Notes: generated by a model from the letters alone, not told the origin. Positions 52,019-60,368 are shown, counted from the first letter of the stretch. The stretch: DNA of 64,000 nucleotides from Acidimicrobiales bacterium (GCA_036493595.1 DASXPN010000067.1:4-64003); one strand, 5' to 3'. Translations and numbers: made by a program.

Positions 52019-53235
52019 GCCCCCGTGGAACGATGAGCGAGCAGCACGACCGCGACATCGCCGTCCTCGGGGTCGGCATGCATCCGTGGGGCAAGTGGGG
52101 ACGAAACTTCGTCGAGTACGGCATCGAAGCGGCGCATCTCGCACTCGAGGATGCAGGGCTCACATGGCGCGACATGCAGTTCGTCGCCGGCGCTGACACC
52201 GTCCGCAACGGCTACCCCGGTTACGTCGCGGGTGCGACGTTCGCGCAGGCGCTCGGTTGGTCCGGTCAACAGGTGGCGTCGTGCTACGCCGCCTGCGCGT
52301 CCGGTGCGACCGCACTCGCAGTTGCACGTGCGCAGATCCTCGCTGGGCTGTGCGATGTCGCGCTCGTCGTCGGTGCTGACACGACTCCGAAGGGCTTCCT
52401 CGCGCCGACCGCGGGCGACCGGCCTGACGATCCCGACTGGCTGCGCTTCCGTCTCCTCGGCGCCACCAATCCCACGTACTTCGCGCTCTACGCCCGCCGT
52501 CGCATGGACCTCCACGGCGCGACCGAGCGCGACTTCGCCAAGGTGAAGGTGAAGAACGCACGCCACGGTCTCGCCAACCCCAACGCGCGCTACCGCAAGG
52601 AAGTCACGGAGGACGACGTCCTCGCCTCCCCCGTCGTCGCGTCGCCGTTGCACTTGCTCGACATCTGCGCGACGTCCGACGGCGGTGCCGCCATGGTCGT
52701 GTCGTCGATGGAGTTCGCCCGCCGTCACACGAGCAGTCCAGTGCGGGTGCGCGGCATCTCGACCGTCACGCCGTCGTTCCCGAACACCGTGATCGAGATG
52801 CCCAACTTCGCCACCGACTCGTCGGCCGCGCTCGCCCCCGCGTCGTTGACTTTTCGCGACTCGATCGCGGCAGCGGCGTACGAGGAGTCCGGCCTCGGGC
52901 CGGAGGACATGTCGGTCGCCGAGGTCTATGACCTCTCGTCGGCGCTCGAGCTCGACTGGTACGAGAACATCGGGCTCTGCAAGGCAGGCGAGGCCGAACG
53001 CCTCATCAACGACGGCGACACCGCCCTCGGCGGCAAGGGCGTGACCGTCAACCCGAGCGGCGGTCTCGCCTGCTTCGGCGAGGCCGTCCCCGCGCAAGCG
53101 ATCGCGCAGCTGTGCGAGATCACCTGGCAACTACGTGGACAGGCGACCGGTCGCCAGGTCGAAGCTGCGACTGCGGGTGTCACCGTGAACCAAGGCCTGT
53201 TCGGCCACGGCTCCTCCGTCGTCCTCTCGACCTGA
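52015..53235 (+). CDS. SCP-x/Ltp-type thiolase-like protein
   Basis: IAVLGVGMHPWGKWG, SCYAACASGATAL, VNPSGGLACFGEAVPAQA. The pairing with DUF35 is typical. Confidence 0.8.
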   Translation: MSPRGTMSEQHDRDIAVLGVGMHPWGKWGRNFVEYGIEAAHLALEDAGLTWRDMQFVAGADTVRNGYPGYVAGATFAQALGWSGQQVASCYAACASGATALAVARAQILAGLCDVALVVGADTTPKGFLAPTAGDRPDDPDWLRFRLLGATNPTYFALYARRRMDLHGATERDFAKVKVKNARHGLANPNARYRKEVTEDDVLASPVVASPLHLLDICATSDGGAAMVVSSMEFARRHTSSPVRVRGISTVTPSFPNTVIEMPNFATDSSAALAPASLTFRDSIAAAAYEESGLGPEDMSVAEVYDLSSALELDWYENIGLCKAGEAERLINDGDTALGGKGVTVNPSGGLACFGEAVPAQAIAQLCEITWQLRGQATGRQVEAATAGVTVNQGLFGHGSSVVLST

Positions 53236-53242
53236 GCATTTC

Positions 53243-53291
53243 GAACTCCGGGTCCAGTGTGGGGCCATGGCCCCACAATGGAACCAACATT
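53243..53291 (-). repeat. REP-like palindromic element, copy F
   Basis: The reverse complement reads AATGTTGGTTCCATTGTGGGGCCATGGCCCCACACTGGACCCGGAGTTC. Lies between convergent genes. Confidence 0.9.
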
Positions 53292-53323
53292 GGCTGGAGT
53301 TGGGTGTCGGGGAGTCGGGGGAG

Positions 53324-54091
53324 TCAGGGGTGTTGGCTGGAGACGCTGACGATCTCGCCGGTCATGTACGACGAGTAGTCGCTGGCGAGGAAGACGATGA
53401 CGTTGGCGACCTCCCACGGTTCGGCGGCGCGGCCGAACGCCTCGCGTGACGTGAGCTCCTCGAGCAACTCATCCGTCGTGACCTTGGCGAGGAACGGATG
53501 CATCGCGATGCTCGGCGCCACCGCGTTCACCCGCACACCGAACTCGGCGGCTTCGATCGCCGCGCAACGCGTGAGCGCCATCACCCCCGCCTTCGCCGCG
53601 GCGTAATGCGCCTGACCGGCTTGGGCCCGCCAACCGAGCACGGACGCGTTGTTGACGATCACGCCGCTGCCGCGCGGCCGGAAATGTCGCAACGCGGCGC
53701 GCATACAGCGGAACGTCCCGTTGAGCGTCACGTCGAGCACCTTTGACCACTGCTCGTCGGTCATGTCCACGACGCTCGCGGTGCCACCGAGTCCAGCGTT
53801 GTTGACGACGATGTCGATCCCGCCGGTCGCATCGACCGCGGACGTGAACATCGATTGCACTTGCCTTTCGTCCGTGACGTCGCACACCACCGACGCCGCG
53901 ACACCGGCGCCGAGCGACTCGGCGGCCTCACCCAACCGGCGCTCGTGCGCGTCGCTGACCACGACGCGCGCTCCTTCTTCGACGCAGCGCTTTGCCGTCG
54001 CGAACCCGATACCGGTACCGGCCGCGGCCGTGACGAGCACGTGCTTGCCGGCAAGGAGGGAATGGCCGTCGACGTAGGGAGGTGTGTCCAT
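53324..54091 (-). CDS. SDR oxidoreductase
   Basis: KHVLVTAAAGTGIGFAT, IVVNNAGLGG, YAAAKAGVMALTRCAAIE. ATG at 54091. Confidence 0.8.
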   Translation of the reverse strand: MDTPPYVDGHSLLAGKHVLVTAAAGTGIGFATAKRCVEEGARVVVSDAHERRLGEAAESLGAGVAASVVCDVTDERQVQSMFTSAVDATGGIDIVVNNAGLGGTASVVDMTDEQWSKVLDVTLNGTFRCMRAALRHFRPRGSGVIVNNASVLGWRAQAGQAHYAAAKAGVMALTRCAAIEAAEFGVRVNAVAPSIAMHPFLAKVTTDELLEELTSREAFGRAAEPWEVANVIVFLASDYSSYMTGEIVSVSSQHP

Positions 54092-54123
54092 GACGGCCAG
54101 CGACGCTAGCGGCGCGTGCGACG

Positions 54124-54957
54124 TCAGTTGGAGAGCAGGTTCTCCTGCATCGCCGTGATGACCTCGTCGGGAACGCCGAGCGAGTGGGCGTACTGGTGCA
54201 CCGAGCCGTGCCGCTCCCGCAGCCCCGACAGGAACATGTGCATGGCCTCTGACGGCGCGGCGAGGAACGCTTTGGGCTGGTCCGACATCGCGTCGGCCGC
54301 TTCGGGATATGTCTCGAAGAGCCACACCCGGAAGCGGTCCATCCCGAGCCGGCTCAAGGAGTAGTCGTCGGCGATGTCGTCGTCGCTCACGCCGAGCAGA
54401 TCGAGGACGATGGCGGCGACGACGCCCGTCCGGTCCTTGCCGGCCGCGCAGTGGAACACCAACGGCAGCGACGCAGGGTCGGCGAGGATGTGCAGCGCCC
54501 GCCCGATCGCGTCGCTCCCCTCGTCGAGCATGTCGAGGTACCGATCGGCCAGAAAGTGAGCAGCATCGATTTCGACGTCGAACGCGTCACGATCCCACGC
54601 CGATTGCAGGATCGGAAGGTGGTGATAGCCCACAGAGTCGTGGGTGAAGTGCCCCCGCTCGTCGAGCTCGAGCGGGGTACGCAGGTCGAGGACGGTCCGC
54701 ACGCCGAGCGGCGCGATGTCGTCGATCGTGAGGCGGTGCACGCCGTCGGCCCTGAACAACGTGCGCCACCGAACGGTCCGGCCGTCACTCGTGCGGTAGC
54801 CGCCCATGTCACGGAAGTTGAAGACGGCGTCGAAGGGCACGTGGCGGTCGGGGTCAGCCGATCGCGGCACGGAGTCGGATCCGGGTTCGGATCCGGGCAG
54901 GGTGGCATCCACGGTCATCGGGGTCGACGGTACCGACTGAAGGTGACGGTTCGGCAA
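54124..54957 (-). CDS. Tyrosine/dual-specificity protein phosphatase (Y_phosphatase3-like)
   Basis: NFRDMGG, LDLRTPLE, catalytic HCAAGKDRTG. Start is either 54957 or ATG 54918. Confidence 0.75.
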   Translation of the reverse strand: MPNRHLQSVPSTPMTVDATLPGSEPGSDSVPRSADPDRHVPFDAVFNFRDMGGYRTSDGRTVRWRTLFRADGVHRLTIDDIAPLGVRTVLDLRTPLELDERGHFTHDSVGYHHLPILQSAWDRDAFDVEIDAAHFLADRYLDMLDEGSDAIGRALHILADPASLPLVFHCAAGKDRTGVVAAIVLDLLGVSDDDIADDYSLSRLGMDRFRVWLFETYPEAADAMSDQPKAFLAAPSEAMHMFLSGLRERHGSVHQYAHSLGVPDEVITAMQENLLSN

Positions 54958-54971
54958 ACCCTTGCCGACGC

Positions 54972-55652
54972 TCAGGTGGATGGAGGCTTCTGCCCTGTCG
55001 CTCCCCAGTAGAGCTGGCGGGACATGCTCTGGCGTAGGTCCCGCGTGCGGATGCCCCAGAACTCGAAGCCGTACACGTGGCCGGCGACGTGGGCGAGCAT
55101 CGACACGAGCGTGCCCGCGGTCGCGGTGCGGTCGATGTCGCGAGGCTGGCGGCCCTCGTCCTGGAAGTGGCCGATCACGTCCGCCAAGGCCACCGTCACT
55201 TCATGCAGCAGACGGGTGCGGATTTGGCGGAAGCGCTGGTCGCCCTCGTCCGTCGCGAGGTCGACGACGCGCAGGATGTGGCGGTAGCGATCCCAGAAGT
55301 CGAGGAAGGCGTCCACGACGAGACCGGCGGTGTCGTAGCCCTGGCGACCGCGCCACGGGCTCTCACGTACGAGCGCGGCAAGGCTGCCACCGTCGACCGC
55401 CATCTCCTCGGCCAGCGCCAAGATCGCCGTCTCGACGTCGGGGAAGTACTGGTAGAAGGTCGCGGGCGACATGCCCGCGTCGCGCGCGATGTCGATGACC
55501 TTCGCGTCGCGATACGTCGACACCCGCAGCATGTCCGCAGTGCAGTCGAGCAGCTTCTGCCTCGTCGCCCGCCCGCGCCGACCGGGCACCCTGCCGTCGG
55601 CGGCGCGGAGATCCTCCTCCGGCCGCACCTCGGGGATCGGCAGGTCAGCCAC
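54972..55652 (-). CDS. TetR-family transcriptional regulator
   Basis: RATRQKLLDCTADMLRVSTYRDAKVIDIARDAGMSPATFYQYFPDVE HTH. GTG start at 55652. Confidence 0.8.
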   Translation of the reverse strand: MADLPIPEVRPEEDLRAADGRVPGRRGRATRQKLLDCTADMLRVSTYRDAKVIDIARDAGMSPATFYQYFPDVETAILALAEEMAVDGGSLAALVRESPWRGRQGYDTAGLVVDAFLDFWDRYRHILRVVDLATDEGDQRFRQIRTRLLHEVTVALADVIGHFQDEGRQPRDIDRTATAGTLVSMLAHVAGHVYGFEFWGIRTRDLRQSMSRQLYWGATGQKPPST

Positions 55653-55662
55653 GCACCCTCGG

Positions 55663-55914
55663 TCAGCCGCCCGAGCTGGAGCTCGAGCTCGAGCCGGACG
55701 ATGACGAGCCCGACGATGACGACCCAGACGACGAGCCCGAACCAGAAGCCCCCGAACCTGAAGCGCCCGAACCTGAGCTAGGTGCGGCCGATGTCGGCAG
55801 CGGCTTGCCGCTGATGCCGGGGCGGGTCGGCGCCCCGCTGGCACAGGCGTCGAAGGTCACCAACGCGATGGCAATCAACGCCGTCAAAGAGAGCCACCGT
55901 GTCACGCGGCGCAT
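55663..55914 (-). CDS. Small putative lipoprotein with a Ser/Gly-rich tail
   Basis: MRRVTRWLSLTALIAIALVTFDAC signal with a lipobox-like Cys. AGGAGA lies 4 nt upstream of the ATG. The tail is SGSGASGSGASGSGSSSGSSSSGSSSSGSSSSSSSGG. Confidence 0.5.
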   Translation of the reverse strand: MRRVTRWLSLTALIAIALVTFDACASGAPTRPGISGKPLPTSAAPSSGSGASGSGASGSGSSSGSSSSGSSSSGSSSSSSSGG

Positions 55915-55931
55915 GCCGTCTCCTGTTCGGT

Positions 55932-56570
55932 CTATCCGGGTCGCCCGGTTCTAGCAGCCTGTTCCCAGACGGCGACAACAGCGTCGGTCGGAACGACGGT
56001 CGCCAGCAACGACAACGTGTTGTCGATGACCGCATCCGCGTACTCGGACGGCACGCCGGCCACCGCGTCACGGGGCAGCACGAACTGGAAGCCGTGGTTC
56101 ACGGCATCCATCACGAAGTTCGTGATGGCCACGTTGACGGACACTCCGATGCCCACGATCGTGCTGGATCCGAGATTGCGCAGCACGGGATCGAGGTCGG
56201 TACCACCCATCGGCCCGAGGCCATGAAAACGCTGCAGGACGAGATCGTCCGGATGCACGTCGATCTCGGAGATCAACTCGGCCTCGGGTGAACCGGGCTC
56301 GATGCGGATGCCGAGCTTGCGGGTCGCCGCGAACAGCCGAGCGTTCGAGTTCGAGCCCTTGTCGTCGGCACGGCGAACCGCGAGGCAGTGCACGACGGGC
56401 GCGCGCGCGGCGTGCGCCGCATCGACGAGACGCGCCATGTTCGGCACCGCGACACGATGCGCTTCGTCCGCCAGTTCGCGCAGCACGGCCGCCTCGCCGA
56501 TCACCCCGTTCTGGCACTCCTGTGTCACCAACACCGCATGCGCGGGATCGAGCAACTCGGCGAGATCCAC
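55932..56570 (-). CDS. Isochorismatase-family cysteine hydrolase
   Basis: AVLVTQECQNG, TDLDPVLRNLGSSTIVGIGVSVNVAI. GTG start 1 nt after the upstream stop. Confidence 0.75.
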   Translation of the reverse strand: MDLAELLDPAHAVLVTQECQNGVIGEAAVLRELADEAHRVAVPNMARLVDAAHAARAPVVHCLAVRRADDKGSNSNARLFAATRKLGIRIEPGSPEAELISEIDVHPDDLVLQRFHGLGPMGGTDLDPVLRNLGSSTIVGIGVSVNVAITNFVMDAVNHGFQFVLPRDAVAGVPSEYADAVIDNTLSLLATVVPTDAVVAVWEQAARTGRPG

Positions 56571-56571
56571 G

Positions 56572-57411
56572 TCAGCGCTCGATGAACTCGTCGGCGAACC
56601 GGTGGATCGCCTCGACGGCTTCGGACGAACGCCGCCAGGGGTTCACGATGATGCGATCGACGCCGACGTCATGCCAGCGATCGACGTCGGCGGCCGATTG
56701 CAATGGACCGGTGACGGTGATCTCGAGATCGTCACGAGACCGTCCAGCGTCATCGAGCAACCGATGCAGCGTCGTGACCCGCTCGGACGCCGACTCGAAC
56801 GTGTGCGCCATCCCGAGCCAGCCGTCACCCGAACGGGCCGCCCGTCGCAGTGCCCGCGGCGACTCACCTCCGACGTGAATCGGCACCGGGCCGTGCACCG
56901 GCTTCGGCTCGAACATGACCGGATCGAACGAGAAGTGCACGCCGTGATGCTCGATCACCTCGTCGGTCCAGAGCCTGCGGCAGACGTCGATCGACTCATC
57001 GAGTCGCGCCCCCCGACTCGAGGGGTCGAGGCCGACCGCTTCCCATTCGGACCTGAGCCAGCCCGCGCCCACACCGGCGATCGCCCGGCCGCCGGAGACG
57101 ACGTCGAGCGTGGCGAAGGCCCGGGCGGCGACGAACGGATGGCGGATGGCCAACAGGTAGACGAATGTGCCGAGGCGGATGCGTTCGGTCCTCGCCGCGA
57201 CAAAGGACAGGTACGCGGCCGCGTCGTACACGGGTGTGCTCGGTGGCACCGGAGGGTGCTCCTCGCCGGGGATCAACTGGCCGGTCATCGTCACGGGGAA
57301 CACGAGATGCTCGGGCAACCAGGCGGACTCGAACCCGCGCTCGTCCGCCGCGACGACCGCGTCGAGCCACACGCGGGGATTGAGCCGGCCGAACGTGATC
57401 CCGAATCGCAC
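56572..57411 (-). CDS. LLM-class F420-dependent oxidoreductase
   Basis: GFESAWLPEHLVFP, LGTFVYLLAIRHPFVAARAFATLDVVSGGRAIAGVGAGW. GTG 57411 is preceded by GGAGAGG. Confidence 0.8.
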   Translation of the reverse strand: MRFGITFGRLNPRVWLDAVVAADERGFESAWLPEHLVFPVTMTGQLIPGEEHPPVPPSTPVYDAAAYLSFVAARTERIRLGTFVYLLAIRHPFVAARAFATLDVVSGGRAIAGVGAGWLRSEWEAVGLDPSSRGARLDESIDVCRRLWTDEVIEHHGVHFSFDPVMFEPKPVHGPVPIHVGGESPRALRRAARSGDGWLGMAHTFESASERVTTLHRLLDDAGRSRDDLEITVTGPLQSAADVDRWHDVGVDRIIVNPWRRSSEAVEAIHRFADEFIER

Positions 57412-57457
57412 CGACGCATCCTCTCCGATCCCGCACTCGCGACCCGTCACCCTCGAT

Positions 57458-57474
57458 TCTGACGGTGCGTCAGA
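57458..57474. promoter_or_regulatory. Operator-like palindrome class 2, site 2 (TCTGACG-GTG-CGTCAGA)
   Basis: Perfect 7+3+7 inverted repeat in the divergent intergenic region, 5 nt upstream of the ATG at 57480. Confidence 0.55.
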
Positions 57475-57479
57475 TTACG

Positions 57480-58682
57480 ATGTCTCCCGTGGAGTTGCCG
57501 AAGATCATCAGCGTCGACGATCACGTCGTCGAGCCCCCGCACCTGTGGCAGACGTGGTTGCCCGAGAAGTTCCGTGAGCGGGGTCCCCGCGTCGAACGTC
57601 GTGGGATCGGGTCGATCAAGCACATCGGCGGCGGCGTCTACGAGCAGACCTTCGACCCCGATGGTCCGCAAGGCGACTGCTGGATCTTCGAAGACCTCGT
57701 GTACATCAACAAGCGCCACGTCGCCGCCGCCGGATTCGACCGGGACGACATGACCGCCTCGCCCATCACCTACGACGAGATGCGGCCCGGTTGCTACGAG
57801 CCGAAGGCTCGCATCGAGGACATGGAGATGAACTGGGTCGAGGCGTCGCTGTGCTTCCCCACGTTCCCGCGCTTCTGTGGCCAGACATTCACCGAAGCCA
57901 CGGCAGATCGTGATCTCGGTCTCGCCTGCGTCGAGGCCTACAACGACTGGATGGTGGACGAGTGGTGCGCCGACTCGGGAGGCCGCCTCATCCCGCTGAC
58001 CATCATCCCGCTCTGGGACGCGGAGCTCGCCGCCGCCGAGGTACGTCGCAACGCGGCACGCGGCGTGCACGCCGTGTGCTTCAGCGAGATCCCGTCGCAC
58101 CTCGGGCTGCCGAGCATCCACACCGGATATTGGGATCCGTTCTTCGCCGCGTGCGCCGACACCGAGACAGTCGTGTGCATGCACATCGGCTCGTCCTCGA
58201 AGATGCCGGCCACGTCGGTCGACGCGCCGGCTGCGGTCGCGGCGACACTGAGCTTCAACAACGCGATGGCGTCGATGAGCGACTTCTTGTTCAGCGGTGT
58301 GCTGATTCGCTTCCCGAACCTGAAGCTCGCCTACAGCGAGGGCCAGATCGGTTGGATTCCTTACATCCTCGAGCGAGTCGACACGGTGTGGACCGAGCAC
58401 CGCGCGTGGGGAGGCGTCCGCGATGTCATCCCCGAGCCGCCGTCGACGTATTACTACCGCCAGATGTTCGGGTGCTTCTTCCGTGATCACCACGGCATCG
58501 ACTCGCTCGACAAGGTCGGCGCGGACAACGTCACCTTCGAGACCGACTACCCGCACACGGACTCGACGTGGCCCGACACGAAGAACGTCGCCACCGAGTT
58601 GATGCAAGGCGTCCCCGACGACGCGGTGTACAAGATCATGCGGGGCAACGCCATCCGCATGCTCAGCCTGGACCTCGACTGA
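57480..58682 (+). CDS. Amidohydrolase-2 family protein (paralog of 27483-28718)
   Basis: IISVDDHVVEPPHLW, CFPTFPRFCGQTF, AYNDWMVDEW, VCMHIGSSS, FETDYPHTDSTWP. Confidence 0.8.
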   Translation: MSPVELPKIISVDDHVVEPPHLWQTWLPEKFRERGPRVERRGIGSIKHIGGGVYEQTFDPDGPQGDCWIFEDLVYINKRHVAAAGFDRDDMTASPITYDEMRPGCYEPKARIEDMEMNWVEASLCFPTFPRFCGQTFTEATADRDLGLACVEAYNDWMVDEWCADSGGRLIPLTIIPLWDAELAAAEVRRNAARGVHAVCFSEIPSHLGLPSIHTGYWDPFFAACADTETVVCMHIGSSSKMPATSVDAPAAVAATLSFNNAMASMSDFLFSGVLIRFPNLKLAYSEGQIGWIPYILERVDTVWTEHRAWGGVRDVIPEPPSTYYYRQMFGCFFRDHHGIDSLDKVGADNVTFETDYPHTDSTWPDTKNVATELMQGVPDDAVYKIMRGNAIRMLSLDLD

Positions 58683-58714
58683 TCTCCACCAGCGGCCGCC
58701 GGTAACCTCGGGCG

Positions 58715-59539
58715 ATGGTCGCGAGCACGCTGCGCTTCGAACCGCTCAGCCCGACGATCGGGGCCGAGGTGTCGGGCATCGACATCGGCGGGAACGTCAG
58801 CGACGAGGTGATCGCCGGCCTTCGGCAGGGCTTGCTCGACCACAAGGTGCTGTTCTTCCGCGAGCAACACATCACCACCGAGGAGCACCTCGCCTTCGCC
58901 CGGCGCTTCGGTGACCTCGAGGTGCACCCGGTCACGCCGCTCGACCAGCAGCACCACGAAGTCCTCATGATCCGCCACGACGAGAACCGGCGCGGCGTCG
59001 AGAACACGTGGCACAGCGACGTGACGTGGCGTCCGGAGCCGTCACTCGGCTCGATCCTGCGAGCGCGGTCGGTCCCGCCCGTCGGTGGGGACACGCTCTT
59101 CGCCGACATGTACGCGGCGTACGAGGGCCTGCCCGAGTCGGTCCGTGACGAGATCGACGGGCTGAGCGCCATCCACGACTTCACGCGGGTCTTCGGTCGG
59201 TCCGTATCCGATGAGCGCAAGCAGGAGATGATGCGCCGGTACCCGTCGGTCGAGCATCCGGTGGTGCGCACCCACCCCGAGACGGGGCGCCAGGGCATCT
59301 ATGTCAACGCCGCGTTCACTGTCGCGATCAAGGGTGTGTCCGACAGCGACAGCGCTCGTCTGCTGGCGCTCCTGTACCGGCAGGCGTCGATACCCGAGTA
59401 CCAGTGCCGCTTCAAATGGCGCGCCGACTCGCTGGCGTTCTGGGACAACCGATCGACGCAGCACTACGCCGTCTCCGACTACTTCCCGCACGTGCGGGAG
59501 ATGGAGAGGGTGACGATCGTGGGCGACCGCCCCTACTGA
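58715..59539 (+). CDS. TauD/TfdA-family Fe(II)/2-oxoglutarate dioxygenase
   Basis: TWHSDVTW (HxD facial triad), GGDTLFADM, HPVVRTHPETG, LAFWDNRSTQHYA. Confidence 0.85.
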   Translation: MVASTLRFEPLSPTIGAEVSGIDIGGNVSDEVIAGLRQGLLDHKVLFFREQHITTEEHLAFARRFGDLEVHPVTPLDQQHHEVLMIRHDENRRGVENTWHSDVTWRPEPSLGSILRARSVPPVGGDTLFADMYAAYEGLPESVRDEIDGLSAIHDFTRVFGRSVSDERKQEMMRRYPSVEHPVVRTHPETGRQGIYVNAAFTVAIKGVSDSDSARLLALLYRQASIPEYQCRFKWRADSLAFWDNRSTQHYAVSDYFPHVREMERVTIVGDRPY

Positions 59540-59559
59540 GTTCCCCCAACTTCGGGCGC

Positions 59560-60057
59560 TCATCGGCTCACGAAGCGCTTGCAGTAACAGACGCTGCTGG
59601 CCGAGTCGACGTACTGGCCGAAGCGAGGAATGGCGGCAAAGCCAGATCGCTCGTAGAGCGACATCGCCTCCGGTTGGAACCGTCCTGTTTCCAAAACGAG
59701 CTCGGTCGCGCCGGCGGCACCCGCCCACTGCTCCAGGTTCTCGAGCAGCGCACGGCCGATTCCGAGACCGCGCTGCGCCCGCGAGACGTACATGCGCTTC
59801 ACCTCCCCGGTGGTGTCCGACAGCATGCGGATCGCCGCGCAACCAACAGCATCACCATCGAGACGGGCCACGAAGAAGGCGCCAGCCGCTCCGTGCACCT
59901 CCGCGGCGTCGAGGTCGAAGAAGTTCTCTTCCGGCGGGTAGAGCGCGCTCAGCTCGGTGTCGAGCTCGCCGATGAGTCGCTGCGCGTCCGGCGAGCGCAC
60001 ATCCTCGATGCCCACCGTTGCCGGAGAGCGTCGACCGTGCTCGAGATCGGCCACCAT
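59560..60057 (-). CDS. GNAT-family N-acetyltransferase
   Basis: KRMYVSRAQRGLGIGRALLENLEQWA acetyl-CoA-binding motif A. 165 aa. Confidence 0.8.
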   Translation of the reverse strand: MVADLEHGRRSPATVGIEDVRSPDAQRLIGELDTELSALYPPEENFFDLDAAEVHGAAGAFFVARLDGDAVGCAAIRMLSDTTGEVKRMYVSRAQRGLGIGRALLENLEQWAGAAGATELVLETGRFQPEAMSLYERSGFAAIPRFGQYVDSASSVCYCKRFVSR

Positions 60058-60139
60058 CGCGTGTCCTCTGTGCCATGCCCTGTGTACGAGGGCGGCGGCA
60101 ACGGTAACGGCATGACAGGATCGGCACGTGCCCGGATCG

Positions 60140-60358
60140 ATGAGCGCGAAGGAATGGATCGCGTCGTTCGCCGCTGGTCTCGGTGTCGAACCGCCGGATG
60201 ATGCGACGATCGAAGCGCTGCTCGGCGTCGCGGGCGTGGCCGCACACGCGTCCGAGCGGATCGCGGCACCGATCACGTGCTACTTGATCGGCCTCGCCGG
60301 CGCGGACGTGGCGCATGCGGCGACGGTCGCCGGGACGATCGCCGAAACTGAGGAGTAG
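60140..60358 (+). CDS. Small DUF6457-like protein
   Basis: MSAKEWIASFAAGLGVEPPDDATIEALLGVAGVAAHASERIAAPITCYLIGLA matches the pattern of small actinobacterial proteins of this family. Confidence 0.5.
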   Translation: MSAKEWIASFAAGLGVEPPDDATIEALLGVAGVAAHASERIAAPITCYLIGLAGADVAHAATVAGTIAETEE

Positions 60359-60368
60359 TGAAGTCTCG

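Noticed and set aside
55676-55790. Triplet-periodic repetitive DNA (GAGCTC/GACGA-type units). I considered a CRISPR-like or VNTR non-coding repeat.
   Set aside because: It is the in-frame Ser/Gly-rich tail of the small lipoprotein-like ORF. It has no spacer/repeat organisation.
60123-60132. GGCACGTGCC palindrome between the GNAT and DUF6457-like genes. I considered it a possible operator.
   Set aside because: It is a single short occurrence with no second copy in the window, so it cannot be distinguished from chance.
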